A stretch of DNA of 64,000 bases from Klebsormidium nitens (lineage: Eukaryota; Plantae; Klebsormidiophyceae): the NCBI GenBank assembly GCA_000708835.1, contig DF237408.1, positions 11,333 to 75,332 of the forward strand, written 5' to 3'. Position 1 is the stretch's first letter. Each line of letters starts with the position of its first letter. A program made the translations under genes and the position numbers. The notes under the pieces are model-generated. The model had not been told where the DNA came from and searched no databases. It saw only the letters and a list, made by a program, of their open reading frames with translations. Shown here piece by piece: positions 25,458 to 38,478 of the stretch.

Positions 25458-28136
25458 ATGATGGCAACAAAAGGAGGTTCATTTGGTTCTGCAAAGGATC
25501 TTGCGAGCGGGGCAGGGGCAAGCCTGGGGTGTGGCACCATGAATGGCTCGAGCTTTGCCAGTCCGGAGGGTGCCATAACCCAGCCACAAGGATCAGTGCC
25601 TGCCCTGCATCTTGCGCCTAGTCCTGGCGCTGAAGCTGCCCAACACGGTGGCAGCACACGGGGGGCTCTCAGACGGTCCAGCCGCAGAGCGCTCCTGACA
25701 ACCCCAAAGCCTGACATGGAGTTGCACTCAGTGGGGGCGCCAGATGCCCCCACAGCTCAAGTCCCTCTAAGTGCTGCTCCTGCTGAAGATGGCACCTTGG
25801 GCATGTTGAATGAATCTAGGGTTGTGCCAGTGTCTGTTGATGCGCCAGGAACACCGATTCGGAGGGCGAGCGCCCGCTCTCGAAAGAGCTCAAAGCAGGT
25901 TGCATCACCCAAGGAAGAAGCCGTAAAGGCCGTGAAGAAGGCCAAGGTGTTGCAGGATGCGGCGGTGCCGCTGTTGGATCCTGCAGCTGTGAGGGACGAG
26001 ATTGGGGCGCTGGCGGCGCTCCCTGTTCCGCGCAGCCTGCTGGAGGAGGAGGTCATGCAGGCAGCCATCGACCACCTGAAAACAGCAGACGCAGGTGGGT
26101 GCAGAGACAGCTGCCATGGGGCAGCAAGCGTAGGCAAAGCCTTCGTACCAACTCAGCCGCCTGCTAGCTCAGGTACATATATTGCTGGGTCTCACATGAT
26201 AGCGTCTGACAAGACCTCCTTAGGTTGTTTTATCAAACAGGCAGCTCAGGCAGGTCGCATCTAGCTCCTTCATTGTATGTCTGAAGGTTCAGAGTCACTG
26301 CTTGGGCCAAAACATTCTGATGAGTTTCAGATACATACGTGTGTTCAGCTTTGAGCTGTTGCCCTGATCTGAACAACTTCTGATGAACCCAACAGGTTTG
26401 GCTGCAATCATTGAACAGCATACTCCTCCAAACCCAGCGGCACGTGACACAATCTCGCCATTCAAGGTATTCACTACTCTCAGTGGCTGGGGTCCAAACA
26501 CACTCTGCTTGATCAGGCCATTTCGTGGCGCAATGTTAGATTGTCAACTTGGTTGAAAGTTTCAGGAAGGGTCTTCGGCCAGAATTCCCCTTTACAGGAG
26601 GCCTTTTCGTACGCTCAGTTCATGCACCCTCTCTGTATCATGCCCCTGCGCACAGAGTTGCTGCTACCTTTTCGGCAAAAACATCCGCATGGGTTTGTTG
26701 TGCTTGTGCAGGCCTTGGTGAAGAGCATAGTGTACCAGCAGCTCGCTGGCAAGGCGGCGTCCACCATCCATGGCCGGCTCGTTGATCTGCTGGGGGTGAG
26801 ATGCGCCCTCCTCTTTCCTGCAACCCCTCAAATGTGTAGGACCTGCTTTGCACTGATGTGCGTGCCGTTTGCCGCTAGTGGCTGCCAGGGCCACTCGTGA
26901 ACCGAGCAGTCAGAGTCAGGGAGACCCGGAATCAGTCACGTTCCCATGGCAAACGTTTTTGTCTTTCTTCCTCTGCAGGGCGCGGACTGCGTAACCCCTG
27001 ACCGCATCTTGGCCATTGATGCAGAGCAGCTTCGCACAGTGGGCCTTTCTCGACAAAAGGTAATAAGCAAGTAAGAGCATAACAGTGTCCTATCGTTTTG
27101 ACCCATCAGAAAATTCCTTCTTGATCTTTTTGTCTCCTTTTCTAGTGCTTCTCATAAACATAGGGAGAGGCGGGGCCTTCATCCGAGGTATGTGAGACAT
27201 TCGCAGCACTGTCGTTGTGTGCAGGCCAGTTACGTGCATGATCTGTCGAGCCACTTCCAGTCCGGAGCCTTGTCAGACGCGGCGCTGCTGTCCCTCGATG
27301 ACGCCCAGCTGATGCAGAAGCTGACAGCAGTTAAGGTGAGGGCGACAAGATAAGGCCTGCCGTACAAGAGGTAGTCTGGCGCGAGCGGGCCAAGTGTGCT
27401 ATCCACCCGGCCACCGACATTCATTGCGGCATCGTAAAGTTTGTCTCCTCTTGTCAATCGGCGGCTGCCTCGAGTAGCAGCCCTTCGTACCGTGGTTCAT
27501 AAGCAGTACGCCGCCTCAGTCGAGGATTTGCCATAATTGCGGCTGCGGGTTTGGTTGTGCGCAGGGGATCGGCGAGTGGACGGCGCACATGTTCATGATG
27601 TTCACGTTGCACCGGCCGGACGTTCTGCCCACGGGAGACCTGGCGGTGAAGAAGGTAAGCCTGCTCCGATACCACTTGGTCAATTGGCGAAACCTGACTG
27701 CCGAGGGTGCGCGCGGCCAATGTTGCGAAAGAAGCGTTCACCCAGATTGTCAATTTAGTCGCATCCGCAGTCTCGTCGGAAGGGTTGTGCATCCAAAGAG
27801 CAATACGGGGCGTTCAGACTGGACACAAGAAACAAGAGAACCGTGCACATTGGGCGGGCGCTTGCGTCCTATTCGATCTCGAGCGTCAAGTCGTTCGCGT
27901 GGCACAATCATCAGCTCGAGGCAGATCTCTGAAGTGCCGGGGAGGGATGGTCACTCTAGGTAGCTGATGTCGTTACGCACCTGCCTTTGCAGGGCTTTCA
28001 AAGGCTTTTTGGCTTGTCTGGGCTCCCAACGCCACAAAAGATGCAAGAGTTGGCAGAGCCTTGGAGGCCATATCGTTCCGTAGGTTCTCTTTACATGTGG
28101 AAGGTACAGGACACAGTCGTTCCGGCAACAGACTAG
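25458..28136 (+). CDS. DNA-3-methyladenine glycosylase (AlkA/MAG1-like, HhH-GPD superfamily) with a long low-complexity N-terminal extension
   Basis: Exons: ...LLEEEVMQAAIDHLKTADA | GLAAIIEQH...SPFK | ALVKSIVYQQLAGKAASTIHGRLVDLLG | GADCVTPDRILAIDAEQLRTVGLSRQK | ASYVHDLSSHF...MQKLTAVK | GIGEWTAHMFMMFTLHRPDVLPTGDLAVKK | GFQRLFGL...MQELAEPWRPYRSVGSLYMWK...*. The HhH motif, the catalytic Asp (PTGDL) and W.PYRS are present. The start codon is uncertain. Confidence 0.92.
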
Positions 28137-29187
28137 GGGTCTCTCGCTTCTTGGGAAGTGTGATTGGCAACTTGATAGTTGTGATTCCCTTCGAGCGCTT
28201 TCATGTTTTTGGAGCTTTTTATCCTGCTTTTAATGTAAACCTTGCAACTCGCAAAACATTTGGAATTTCAAGATCAATGCTTCGCGTTTGAAAGAAGTCA
28301 ACATAGACGCTCTTAACGGCCAATCAGCGGCAGTGGTCAGAGTGGTTGTCTCTCTTGTAGGATCAAACAATGAAGGTCAAAGGAATACGATAAGGGAGAT
28401 TGCGATAGAACGTGACGGCAACTCCTATGTGAACGTGTGTGCATTGACAGCATGTACGCTAAGCACACGAGCCTGCTCCGGCATCCAGAACTGATGAATT
28501 CATTCCAATGATCATACCATGGCCGTCACGCGTGATACCGGTATACGCTTTACTTACGGCTTCAGTGGAAACTTGTCAGTGTGGGGCCGGACGCAACTGC
28601 ACACGGCCAAAGCACGACCGACGTACCTCTTGCACTCTTGCACGAGCTTTGGCTTTGGCGATGCAACATGCCCTCATATACAGGCCAGCCCTCCCGCAGG
28701 CCTCACGTCTCATGCATACATGTACCTAGGTGATATGTAGGACCCAGGTGGACTGGTAATAGGTAATAGGGCCAGAGGTCACGACCAATGGTCATTGGTT
28801 AGTCACCGTCATACAGGGATTCATGGCGGATTGCTCACATTTTCGGATCAAGCCTTCCTGCAATTGCCGTCCATTACATTCATCGGCGGCTAAAAGTCGA
28901 GCCTTTGCTGTTCAAATTTCAGCTGAGCTCGGCCTGGGACTCGGGAGGCTGGCCCCTGCGGGCGGCAGCAGGCCTTGGCGACCGGCGTATTGGCCGGAAC
29001 CGGTTGAAAGTACGTTCGCAACGTACGCACGTGTGGCAGCATTTGGCAAGCTGGACCTGTTGGATAGGCGCCCGGGAGGCGGGTTCGGTTGGCTTGGTGG
29101 TTAGGGTGGGTTCACGTGCGGAGCGCGGCAAGTAATAGGATAACTGGTTGAAGAGTTTCTGGTTAGAGTTGACCTATCTCAAGCCAG

Positions 29188-29194
29188 TATATAA
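29188..29194 (+). promoter_or_regulatory. Candidate TATA box upstream of the CESA-like 1 gene
   Basis: TATATAA about 0.6 kb upstream of the putative ATG at 29807. Supported by motif and position only. Confidence 0.3.
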
Positions 29195-29806
29195 GAAAAT
29201 TTTGCCGGGCATGCATTCTGTAGCCGTTGCGCCAGCTGGCTTCCCAGCCGAAATCGACGGCTATGCGAGGAATGCGTTGTGACCCTGACCCCTGTGCCCA
29301 GTAAGGGGGAAATATGTCAGTTCACATTGACCCCCCTGATTCCGTCAAACCCAGTCACTTCATGCGCATGCCAAAATTGGAAGAAGGAGCGCCTGAGCCT
29401 GAGGCTGGAGACTCGAGAGCTTTCAAGACATTGACAAGAAATTGGGGCGCTGCCTCGAAGCGCAGTCCAGCTTCGGATGAGGTTTCTGTATTGAGAACTC
29501 AGAGTCAGGAGCTCAGGAGGACGTTGCCAACAAGAAGGTGGTTACAGCTTATCCTGAACAGTCTTCTGGCAACACGTGACAGCGCAGGCACCTAGGAGGC
29601 GGCCAGTGGAACGTACAAAGGATGTTTGTCCCTAGGCCTTAGGTGTATGGTATGCCCACAGCTGTAGTTAAGGTAACTGCTTTTGCAGATTGGAAGTTAG
29701 CAACCCTGCTTTTCTTCGGGCCTCGGTTGGTAGCTTTCGTTCCTTTCGGCTGCCCTTTCATGTGTTGCCTCGAATAGTGAGAACCTTGGAAACATCCCCG
29801 GGCGGC

Positions 29807-32800
29807 ATGGCCCTCCCCAGTCATAGTGCTGGGACAGGGGCGACCTTGGACAGTGCAGGGAGGGCAGCCGCAGAGAATGATGCGCTCTATGCGGACATGG
29901 CAGCAAACCACCATGCGGTGCCTCTGACCCCGGGCACACCAGACAGGAGCACAACCACGGGACTGGAGTCGCCAGTCCATCCGCGGTCGCTGCACTACAT
30001 GGAACAAGGGGTGAGCTCAGGCCCATGTTTACTCTGGGCCCGCAAGGACTCTGGCTGTCGCTTTTTTCCCAGTAACTACCACAGTCTTTCTGAAAGTCAA
30101 CTGCTAGTCAACCAAGCAGTGGATCCAGGCATCACCACGCGTGCGAATAGGCCAAACAGTGTCCTTGTTTGGTAATGCTGCCAGCTTCAAAGTCTGCTGC
30201 CGCCTTCAGCCATGCATGCCGTGCAGTGTCCTACTCTTGTCACAGGGCTTTGCCAGATATGGTCTTTCTCAACAAGGGGCAAATGTGGCCAAAAGTAGCG
30301 CCTGGGAATTTTGCAGTCTCACTGGTCTACATCTGGGCTGCTGACAACCAAGCATTGCCGTAGCATTCAGACGGTTGAAAACGCTTCCTGGCCAGATCTT
30401 GGGAAGTCCTAAACAAGAGCATCAGTCATTGGACCTGTCTGGTTGCACCTTCCAGAGAGTAATCGATTGTGTCTAGTTCAGCGACATGCGTGCGACTTAG
30501 TCGCACCAGATCTACATCCTACGAGTGTGTATCGCAACTTTGCAGCTTTGCTGGGGCGGTCTTAGGTTGTCACTGCGCCTTTTTGCAACAGTCGGGTCTT
30601 GCCTTGAATTTAAGGAGCAGTAAGGCCCTTACATGGCTCGGCTGCGCTAGATCTGCTGTACCTAAGCTGATTGGCCGCTGGTATACTGGCAGGAGAATGG
30701 TGCCATGTACCGCGTCTATGTGCCCAGCACCCCCCCGCTGGACCAGGTCTTGGGTAGCACAGTTCCATCGGGTCACACCGGCTCCGAGACACCGACCAGC
30801 TCGCACTGGGGGGGAACAGAGTACACGGGGGCAGACTTGCCCCTGAGCGAGAACGCGCGCAGCCTGCACCAGCGCACAGAGAGCTTCCGCAGCGAGCGCA
30901 GCCAGTCGCTGTTCTCGGAGACAAGCGTCTCCAGCATGGAGAATGTTATGGTCACAGGCAGCCACTCCAAGCGCCAGCTGGGGCTCGGAGACTCCTCCAG
31001 CAAGCGGCCCGAGGTGAGCCAAAGCAAACCCTAGTGACAAAGCTCCCGTTAGACACGGGTGGCTGCCGCCACTGGTGGTCGTTGGCCCCGCCGATACAGT
31101 ATTGCATGTGGTCCCTGCGGTTGCAGCAAGAGCATAGGTATCTGCTAGAGCGGGCGCCCCGCTAGGAGACACTTTTGCGTGCAAAATCTCAGCCTCAACC
31201 AGGGGTTGTCCCGACTCCGGTGGAGCAAGCGGCAACATTCTCTCGGCATACTATAGGTGCAGATACCAAAGTTCAGCAAGCGTGGCCTAGATGGCAAGCA
31301 GGTTCCGTGGCCCGGGCTTCTGCTTTTGGTGGACTCAGAACTTCACCTAGATAAGAGTTGCTAACCTAATTTGGCAGCGCCCTCTGTCAGGGACTATTGA
31401 GAAGGATGTTCAAGCATAGGTCGTATACTGCCCCAATTGTGAACGTCGTCAATTTGGTAGCAGGCTATTAACTGGACTTACGTGTTCCAAAGCTGGGGGT
31501 CCAGACATGTTCCGCCCACTCTGTTCGCAGGGCGCCTCACGCAAGTACACGCGGGACGATCTGAAGCTGGCGTGTGCCATCTGCGATGAGCCGGTGGGGC
31601 TGGACCTGGACGGCAACGAGTTTGTTCCGTGCGAGTGTGCATTCCCGGTGTGCCGGCCCTGCTACGAGTACATCCGCAAGAATGAGGGCAACAGGTGTCC
31701 CCGCTGCAAGGAGCAGTACAAGCGGAAGACAGGTGGGGCGCCAGCAGCGGCCAACTCAGGCGCATCGGGGCTTGAACAGACCTCGGGCTAATTACAAGCA
31801 ATTGTCGTTAGGGCGTTGAGCTAGCTCATCAGTAGCCCTGCCAAAGATTTCAAGGGCGGGCGCGCTTATTGGAGGATCCGGAGGAGTGCACAGGCTGTTG
31901 GGCAAGTTCTGGCAGCAACCGTGCAGGGTCTGTGGCGCAAGTCTGCAGAATGCTTCGCTTGAATGATCATGTTATTGGGCTATGGGCTAGCAGGACTGAC
32001 AAGAATGCTGGCGGACTTTCAGGGAGCCCGCCAGTGGAGGGCGATCCGATAGAGGAGGGGGTGCGGCACGAGGAGGAGGAAGACGCATTTGAGCGCGTGC
32101 ACGCGGCTGTGAAGAAGGAGCCGCTCCGCCTTTCACGCACCTCAGACACGCCCCGGCTCTCCATTGAGGGTCCTCCCCCCAAGCCGTCCCCCATGCACCG
32201 CTACTACGACAACCACGACAAGACGCTTGTAGCAGTGCCCAACCTGATGGACGCCGACGGGCTAGGTATGGCCATGGCCCCATGATAATTCCGGCAGATA
32301 TCCATGTTTGGGGCAGGTTGCCTAAGGGAGAGTCTGCCGCGAAGTTGGTTCTGCACGGTCTGCTGACTGCCACTTGACCCACATTACCTCGATGCGGTGT
32401 AACTTAAAGTGGGCGTAGGCCATGCATGGACACCCCAAGGCCATCTACGGCGATCGGGGCCCAGATTGGCCGAAGTTGCAATCTGGTCCGTTAAAAAAAG
32501 ACTCAGATGCACGGAGTGTGCATTTCCGGACCTTTGAAATCGGACGCCCACTTTAATGGGCTGCTACTCTGGTGGGGGTAGTTGTATGCGGAACGCTTCC
32601 TAATCGGCGCGGCGGCTGTTTGCAGGGGAGCTGCTGGACCCCAGCAAGCCGAAGGAGGCATACGGTTACGGTAGCATCCTGTGGGCGGAGAATGCGCACC
32701 AGCCATCGGAGGCGGAGAGTGGCGACGGCAGCAGCGGGGGCAGCTCGCCCCCCAAGTCGGAGGGCAGCGCGGCCATTAAGGCGGACAACTCGCGCATGCC

Positions 32801-35800
32801 GCTCAGCAGGAAGGTGCCCATCACGGCCATGATGCTCAACCCCTACAGGTGAGCGCACTCACACCCTCTGGGTCAAAGCTGTTGGGAAGCATTGATGCAA
32901 GCAGACAGCTTGTGAGGGTTGGCAGGTTCCACAGGCAGTTCGCACGCCTGTTTGTGAAGGACAAGCAGTTACAGTAGGCGCACAGCAGTTGGGGGCGAGG
33001 ATGTCCTACAGATGGTTCATGAACCGTGGATGCGGAATTCGAGTTGACTGTACGAAATCTATCAAGAGGGACCAGAGTTGTAAGTTGTAGACCAAGTTGT
33101 AGTCTCTGTTTAGGCCCAAGCCAATGACCGGTGTCAAGTTAATGGTCGAAGCAAAGAGTGTGATTGTGGGTTGCTGTCTATCACTTAGCAGTGGTAGCAC
33201 CGCTAGCGATGAATCCTAGAGGCAGCAGGCCGAGATGACGCTCTGCTGTAGCGCTCTCTGACCCCTGCGTCCACTGCTGTGCTCTCCCGGCAGGCTGATG
33301 GTGGTGGTGCGGCTGGTGGTGCTGGTCCTGTTTCTGTCGTGGCGAATCAGCAACCCCAACTACGCCGCGTACGGCCTCTGGCTCGTGTCGGTCATCTGCG
33401 AGACCTGGTTCGGCGTCTCCTGGATCCTGGATCAGGTGACCACCCATTTAGACCCACCCTTTGTTCTCTCTACTTTCCAGATCTTCATGTTTTGTAAAGA
33501 TTTTCTCCTTCAATGTGCCTTACTGGGATGTATTGGCCCTTCAACGGATTTGCAGACGTCCTTCTTGTCGCGTGCTGCTGCTTTAGCTCAATGCCGGTTT
33601 GAGTTGCGACCTTCTATGATTCGGCTTTTTTCAAGGCGCTTTGGTCCAGCCTTAGCACAGATGGTGCACTTGTTTGAGTGTTGGTTGCGGTTGCTCTCCT
33701 TCCGAGAGTTTGTACTTCACATGCTCACACGCTCATGGTGTGGTGGCGCAGGTGCCCAAGTGGAGCCCCATCACACGCGAGACGTACTTGGACCGCCTCA
33801 ACTCGCGGTATGACAAGTCTCCCGAGGATTGCGAGCTGGCTGCAATTGACATCTTCGTCTCTACGGCCGACCCTGAGAAGGAGCCCCCCCTGACCACCTC
33901 CAATGTCGTGCTGTCCGTGCTGGCGGCGGACTACCCCTATGACAAGTGAGCCACCACGCCCTGCCTTACACTTTCAGAGGCCCGTATAGTTCTTACTTGC
34001 ACCTGTTGTGTCCAAGCCGTCTGCGGCGGTTTTCTTCGAGTTCTTTGAGCGGCGGAACCTTTTCCAAGGGCATTCGCATCTGTGCAACTAACCAACGAGG
34101 GAGTTGGAGTTGAGCCTTGTAAGCAGCCACGTCAAGGAGCACTGAGCCCCCACCAAAGGGGTACTTGCAGCAAGATAGTGTCAACTAGAAACAAGCTAAA
34201 ATTGTGGCCTTGATGTCTCACTTCGTTCTGCTTCAACTCATGAGGAGCATCACAATAGAGTACTTTGTAATTCTGGGCATTCCACACAGTCGTTCTTTTT
34301 TGACGGAACCTATCCGCATTGGGCTCTTGCGATCAAAGGGCTACCACCTTTATCGGGATTGGCTGCAGTTCTCTACTGTCAGGCCTGTCCTAGTGGACTT
34401 ACGGTGCACGATGTTTTCTGCAGGGTTGCTTGCTACCTGTCTGACGACGGCGCAGCCTTGCTGACCTTTGAAGCGTTGACCGAGACGGCCAGCTTTGCCC
34501 GCTTCTGGGTGCCGTTCTGCAAGAAGTTTGAGATCGAGCCACGAGCCCCCGAAGTCTACTTCCAACAGGTGAGCACACTGGCAGAGGTGTCATAATCGGG
34601 AGATGCAGGACCATAAGCTGTTTCGTCGGTGGTTTTCGTAGCCGTGACTGTCTTGGATTATGATGCGATCTGCAGACCCAGTATTTTTCAGGAGCCCACG
34701 GACCATGTAGAACTTATGCAACCTGTCGGTACCTTCCCTCGTCAGCTCACTCAGTCTAGGATTGCCCAGACATGCCAAGAGAATTTGTTCTTCGTGGGTC
34801 TTCCGTAAACGCATCTTGCTCCCCCTTTGCTGACCATTCCTCTGTTTGTGCGGCAGAGGAAAGAGGAGTACCTGAAGGACAAGACTCACGCCGATTTCGT
34901 CCGGGAGCGACGACAAATGAAGGTAAGTCGTTGGCCTGTCGCCAATCAGCCGCGCTTCTACTTTCTTCCCCACGAAGCAAGTGCTCGTGATGGTCGAACT
35001 ATGTTGGCATACGGAGCATGTTGGTGTTGCACGACATCTGTTTGGTGGTTTGCGGTGCCAGCCTGCCGTGTTAGTCATAGGAAGCTGGTCGGGGGTTTTG
35101 ACAGTGTGTTGATTGTGATGTGCAGCGCGAGTACGAGGAGTTCAAGGTGCGCATCAACGCGCTGGTGGCCAAGGCGCAGACCAAGCCGCGTGACGGCTGG
35201 AAGATGGCTGACGGCACGCCCTGGCCCGGCAACATCCGCAGCGACCACGTCGGCATGATCCAGGTGAGGCGACCGGGCAGTGCAACCAAAGTTTTCGTAA
35301 CACAGAGCCGCAGCTTTGATAACGGCAAGTTGGGAAGCACCAAGAGATGGAAGCAGAGCTGTGCAGCTAGTCTTGTGGAGACAAGATTTCATTTGCGTCG
35401 ACCTGTTCAAGCTTGCAGATTTTGTCCTGACATTGGATCAGAAGCAAAAGCGCCCACCCCCGCTTGTTTGCGTCTCGTGCACTTCACCTGCCCTCTTCCC
35501 ATGATACTGTCTTTAGCCTGTTGTTACCCGAGCTTAGAATGCCTGCATTTGTGGCTCTTGCCTGAGCCTGGGCTGTTGTGCGGTGGGTGCAGGTCTTTCT
35601 GCAGCCGGATGGCGACACCATGGACATTGAGGGCAACCCGCTGCCGCGGCTGGTCTACGTGTCAAGAGAGAAGCGGCCAGGGTACGACCACAACAAGAAG
35701 GCGGGGGCTATGAATGCGCTCATCCGCGCCAGCGCGCTGATCACCAACGCGCCCTACATTCTCAATCTGGATTGTGATCACTACGTCAACAACTGCCAAG

Positions 35801-38478
35801 CCTTCCGGGAGGTGAGGAAAAGCAAAGTTCTGGCTCCCAGATCAGGAAAAGAGCAGGTTCTGCCATAACGTTTGGTTGCCAAGGTGAATGCACTTGTTAA
35901 GTTTGTGGAGCAATGAAAATGTGCTTTAAATGGTTGCCGCACAAGATACAATTGAGTTTGCAATAAAGGTGACTCCCAGAGGCCCGCCCTCGCGGGATAC
36001 GAATAGTTGTTGTATCAAAAGGGACGATTGCGATGTCAGCAATGCTCCTTAAAATCGGATTGGGACCTGGTGCGCTTTGTTGAAGGCCTCATTTTGGGTA
36101 CGTTGTGTGTGCAGGCCATGTGTTTCATGATGGACCCGGTGAAGGGCGCACGCGTGTGTTACGTCCAGTTTCCGCAGCGATTCGACGGCGTCGACCGCAA
36201 TGATCGATATGCCAACCACAACACCGTGTTTTACGAGGTCAACATGAAGGGCCTGGACGGCATCCAGGGGCCCATGTACGTGGGGACGGGCTGCTGCTTC
36301 AGACGCCAGGTGAGCAGGCGCAGTCAAGGGTGTCCATACACGAAGAAAGTTGGCCAGGCCGAACTGAAGGCTCGTATTGATAACGACTCTTTGTTTAGAT
36401 TCTCTCAGCAATTTGCAAGGAGCTTGAAGGTCTTCTGGATTTTAGGAGTCTATATGAGTTGGTCCTGAGCAGAAAAAGCGTCGGCATTTTCAGGGGCTTT
36501 GTAACACGGCGTCCAAGCAGAATTGTTGATTACCATCGTTCAAAAGTGTTGCTTGCGCCCCTTCTTCCTGGTGCGTTGCTGTCCTGACGTCGCTTGCCTC
36601 CGCTCCCTGTTGGCAGGCGCTGTACGGCACTTTCGCCCCGTCGAAGAAGGGGGGCGAGAAGGCGGGCAAGGTGGACAAGGGCGGCTGCGGCCTGCTGACG
36701 TGGTGCTGCGGCGAGAAGCGCAAGCGCGCAGGGAACAAGGCGGCCAAGGGCCACAAGAAGAAGGACAGCAGCCAGTCGCTGGTGGACGTGGCAGATGCGG
36801 AGGAGCTGCAGCTGATGCCCATGAAGTGGCACGCGCGCCGCTTCGGGGTCTGCCACAACTTCGTCATGACCACCACGGAGCTCGACGGCGGCTGCCCGGT
36901 GAGCGCACCATGCAACAAAACCGAGCAGAGCACCAGTGCATGAGCGACGCAACTCTTTCTGGAATTTGTAGCAACTTGGTGCCCTGATCCTGTCATTCGC
37001 CTTTTGCTACAATGGCTTGAGAAGGCAAACGTGGATATCTAGTCTTCTTGGCGAGGGCGTGCGTCAAGTCCTTCTCAAAGATTACCGTGTCCCTCTCCTA
37101 GAAAGCGTATGCACCCTTACAAGCGCCCATTCTTTTTGTGCAGACGATGTCCCCACGGACTGTGCTGAGTGACGTCATCCTAGTGATCTCGTGCGGGTAC
37201 GAGGACAATACGGAGTGGGGCAAGGAGATTGGCTGGATTTACGGTTCCATCACGGAGGATATCGTGACCGGCATGGTCATGCATACGCGCGGTTGGCGCT
37301 CCATCTACTGCAGCCCGCCCCGCCCCGCTTTCAAGGTGCGCCACTCGCCCCCAGCAATGAGCAGGTCTTGTTCGGTGATCTGACGGCTGATGCTGCTTCG
37401 GAGGAAGCTCAAAGAAGTGCCTTCCTTTTGGCCCGCTTCGTGGAAATTTTCAGAAGGTCTACTGGAAACGTCGATGGAAGACCGCAATGTTCGGGGGACA
37501 CTTCGTTAATTCTGTCGCCTTTACTATTGCAGGGTACGGCGCCCATCAACCTGACGGACCGGCTGCACCAGGTGCTGCGGTGGGGGCTGGGCAGTGTGGA
37601 GATCTTCTTCTCGCAGCACAACCCGCTGTGGGCGGGCTGGGGCCAGGGCCTCAAGTTTTTGCAGCGCTTTGCGTACGTGAACACGACGGTGTACCCGTTC
37701 ACGAGCATCGCGCTGACGGCGTACTGCGTGCTGCCCGCGGTGTGCCTGCTGCTGAACCAGTTCATCATCCCCGTGCTGGACAACACGGCCATCATCTACT
37801 TCCTCGTCTACTTCATCGCCGTCTTCGGCACCGCCATCCTCGAGATCCGCTGGTCCGGCGTCGCGCTCGACGAGTACTGGAGGAACGAACAAGTGAGCCA
37901 CGCCGCATCGCACGACCCGCCCAGCAAGTCGTGTCCTTCGCCCACAGATCAGCATCAGCGCCCAGGGTTTTCTGGCATGCAGTGGTTCCTGGCAGTCTCG
38001 AGTGTAGCTGCAGGTCTTTAACTCATCTCTCGAGTGTCTAACGTCCACTCCGCTCGTGCAGTTCTGGGTGATTGGAGGCACGAGCGCGCACCTGGTGGCG
38101 GTGTGGCAGGGCCTGCTCAAGATCACGGCCGGCTTCGAGTCGCAGTTCACGCTGACGCAGAAGGACAGCAACGACGACGGCGAGTTTGCGGAGCTGTACA
38201 TTTTCCGGTGGACGCCGCTCATCATCCCGCCCACGACCATCATCATCGTGAACCTGATGGGCATCATCGCGGGCATCAGTCGGCAGGCGCAGAAGAACCG
38301 CTCCGATTGGGGCCAGCTCTTTGGCAAGTGCTTCTTCGCCGTCTGGGTGCTCCTCCATCTCTACCCCTTCGCCAAGGGCCTCATGGGCCGCCACAACCGC
38401 ACGCCCACCATCGTCATCGTCTGGTCCACGCTGCTCGCCATCTCCCTCTCCCTGCTGATGGTCACCGTCCTCGGCTAA
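29807..38478 (+). CDS. Cellulose synthase superfamily GT2 (CESA/CSLD-like) gene 1, about 16 exons
   Basis: Zinc finger CAIC...[17 protein letters not shown]...CPRCK (31570-31710); AYGYGS; PLSRKVPI...NPYR; [14 protein letters not shown]; YLSDDG (~34440); PWPGN...DHVGMIQVF; [19 protein letters not shown]; LNLDCDHY (~35760); VQFPQRFDG; GSITED (~37245); QVLRW (~37570); [18 protein letters not shown]; [10 protein letters not shown]; stop at 38476-38478. The first exon is less certain. Confidence 0.95.
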
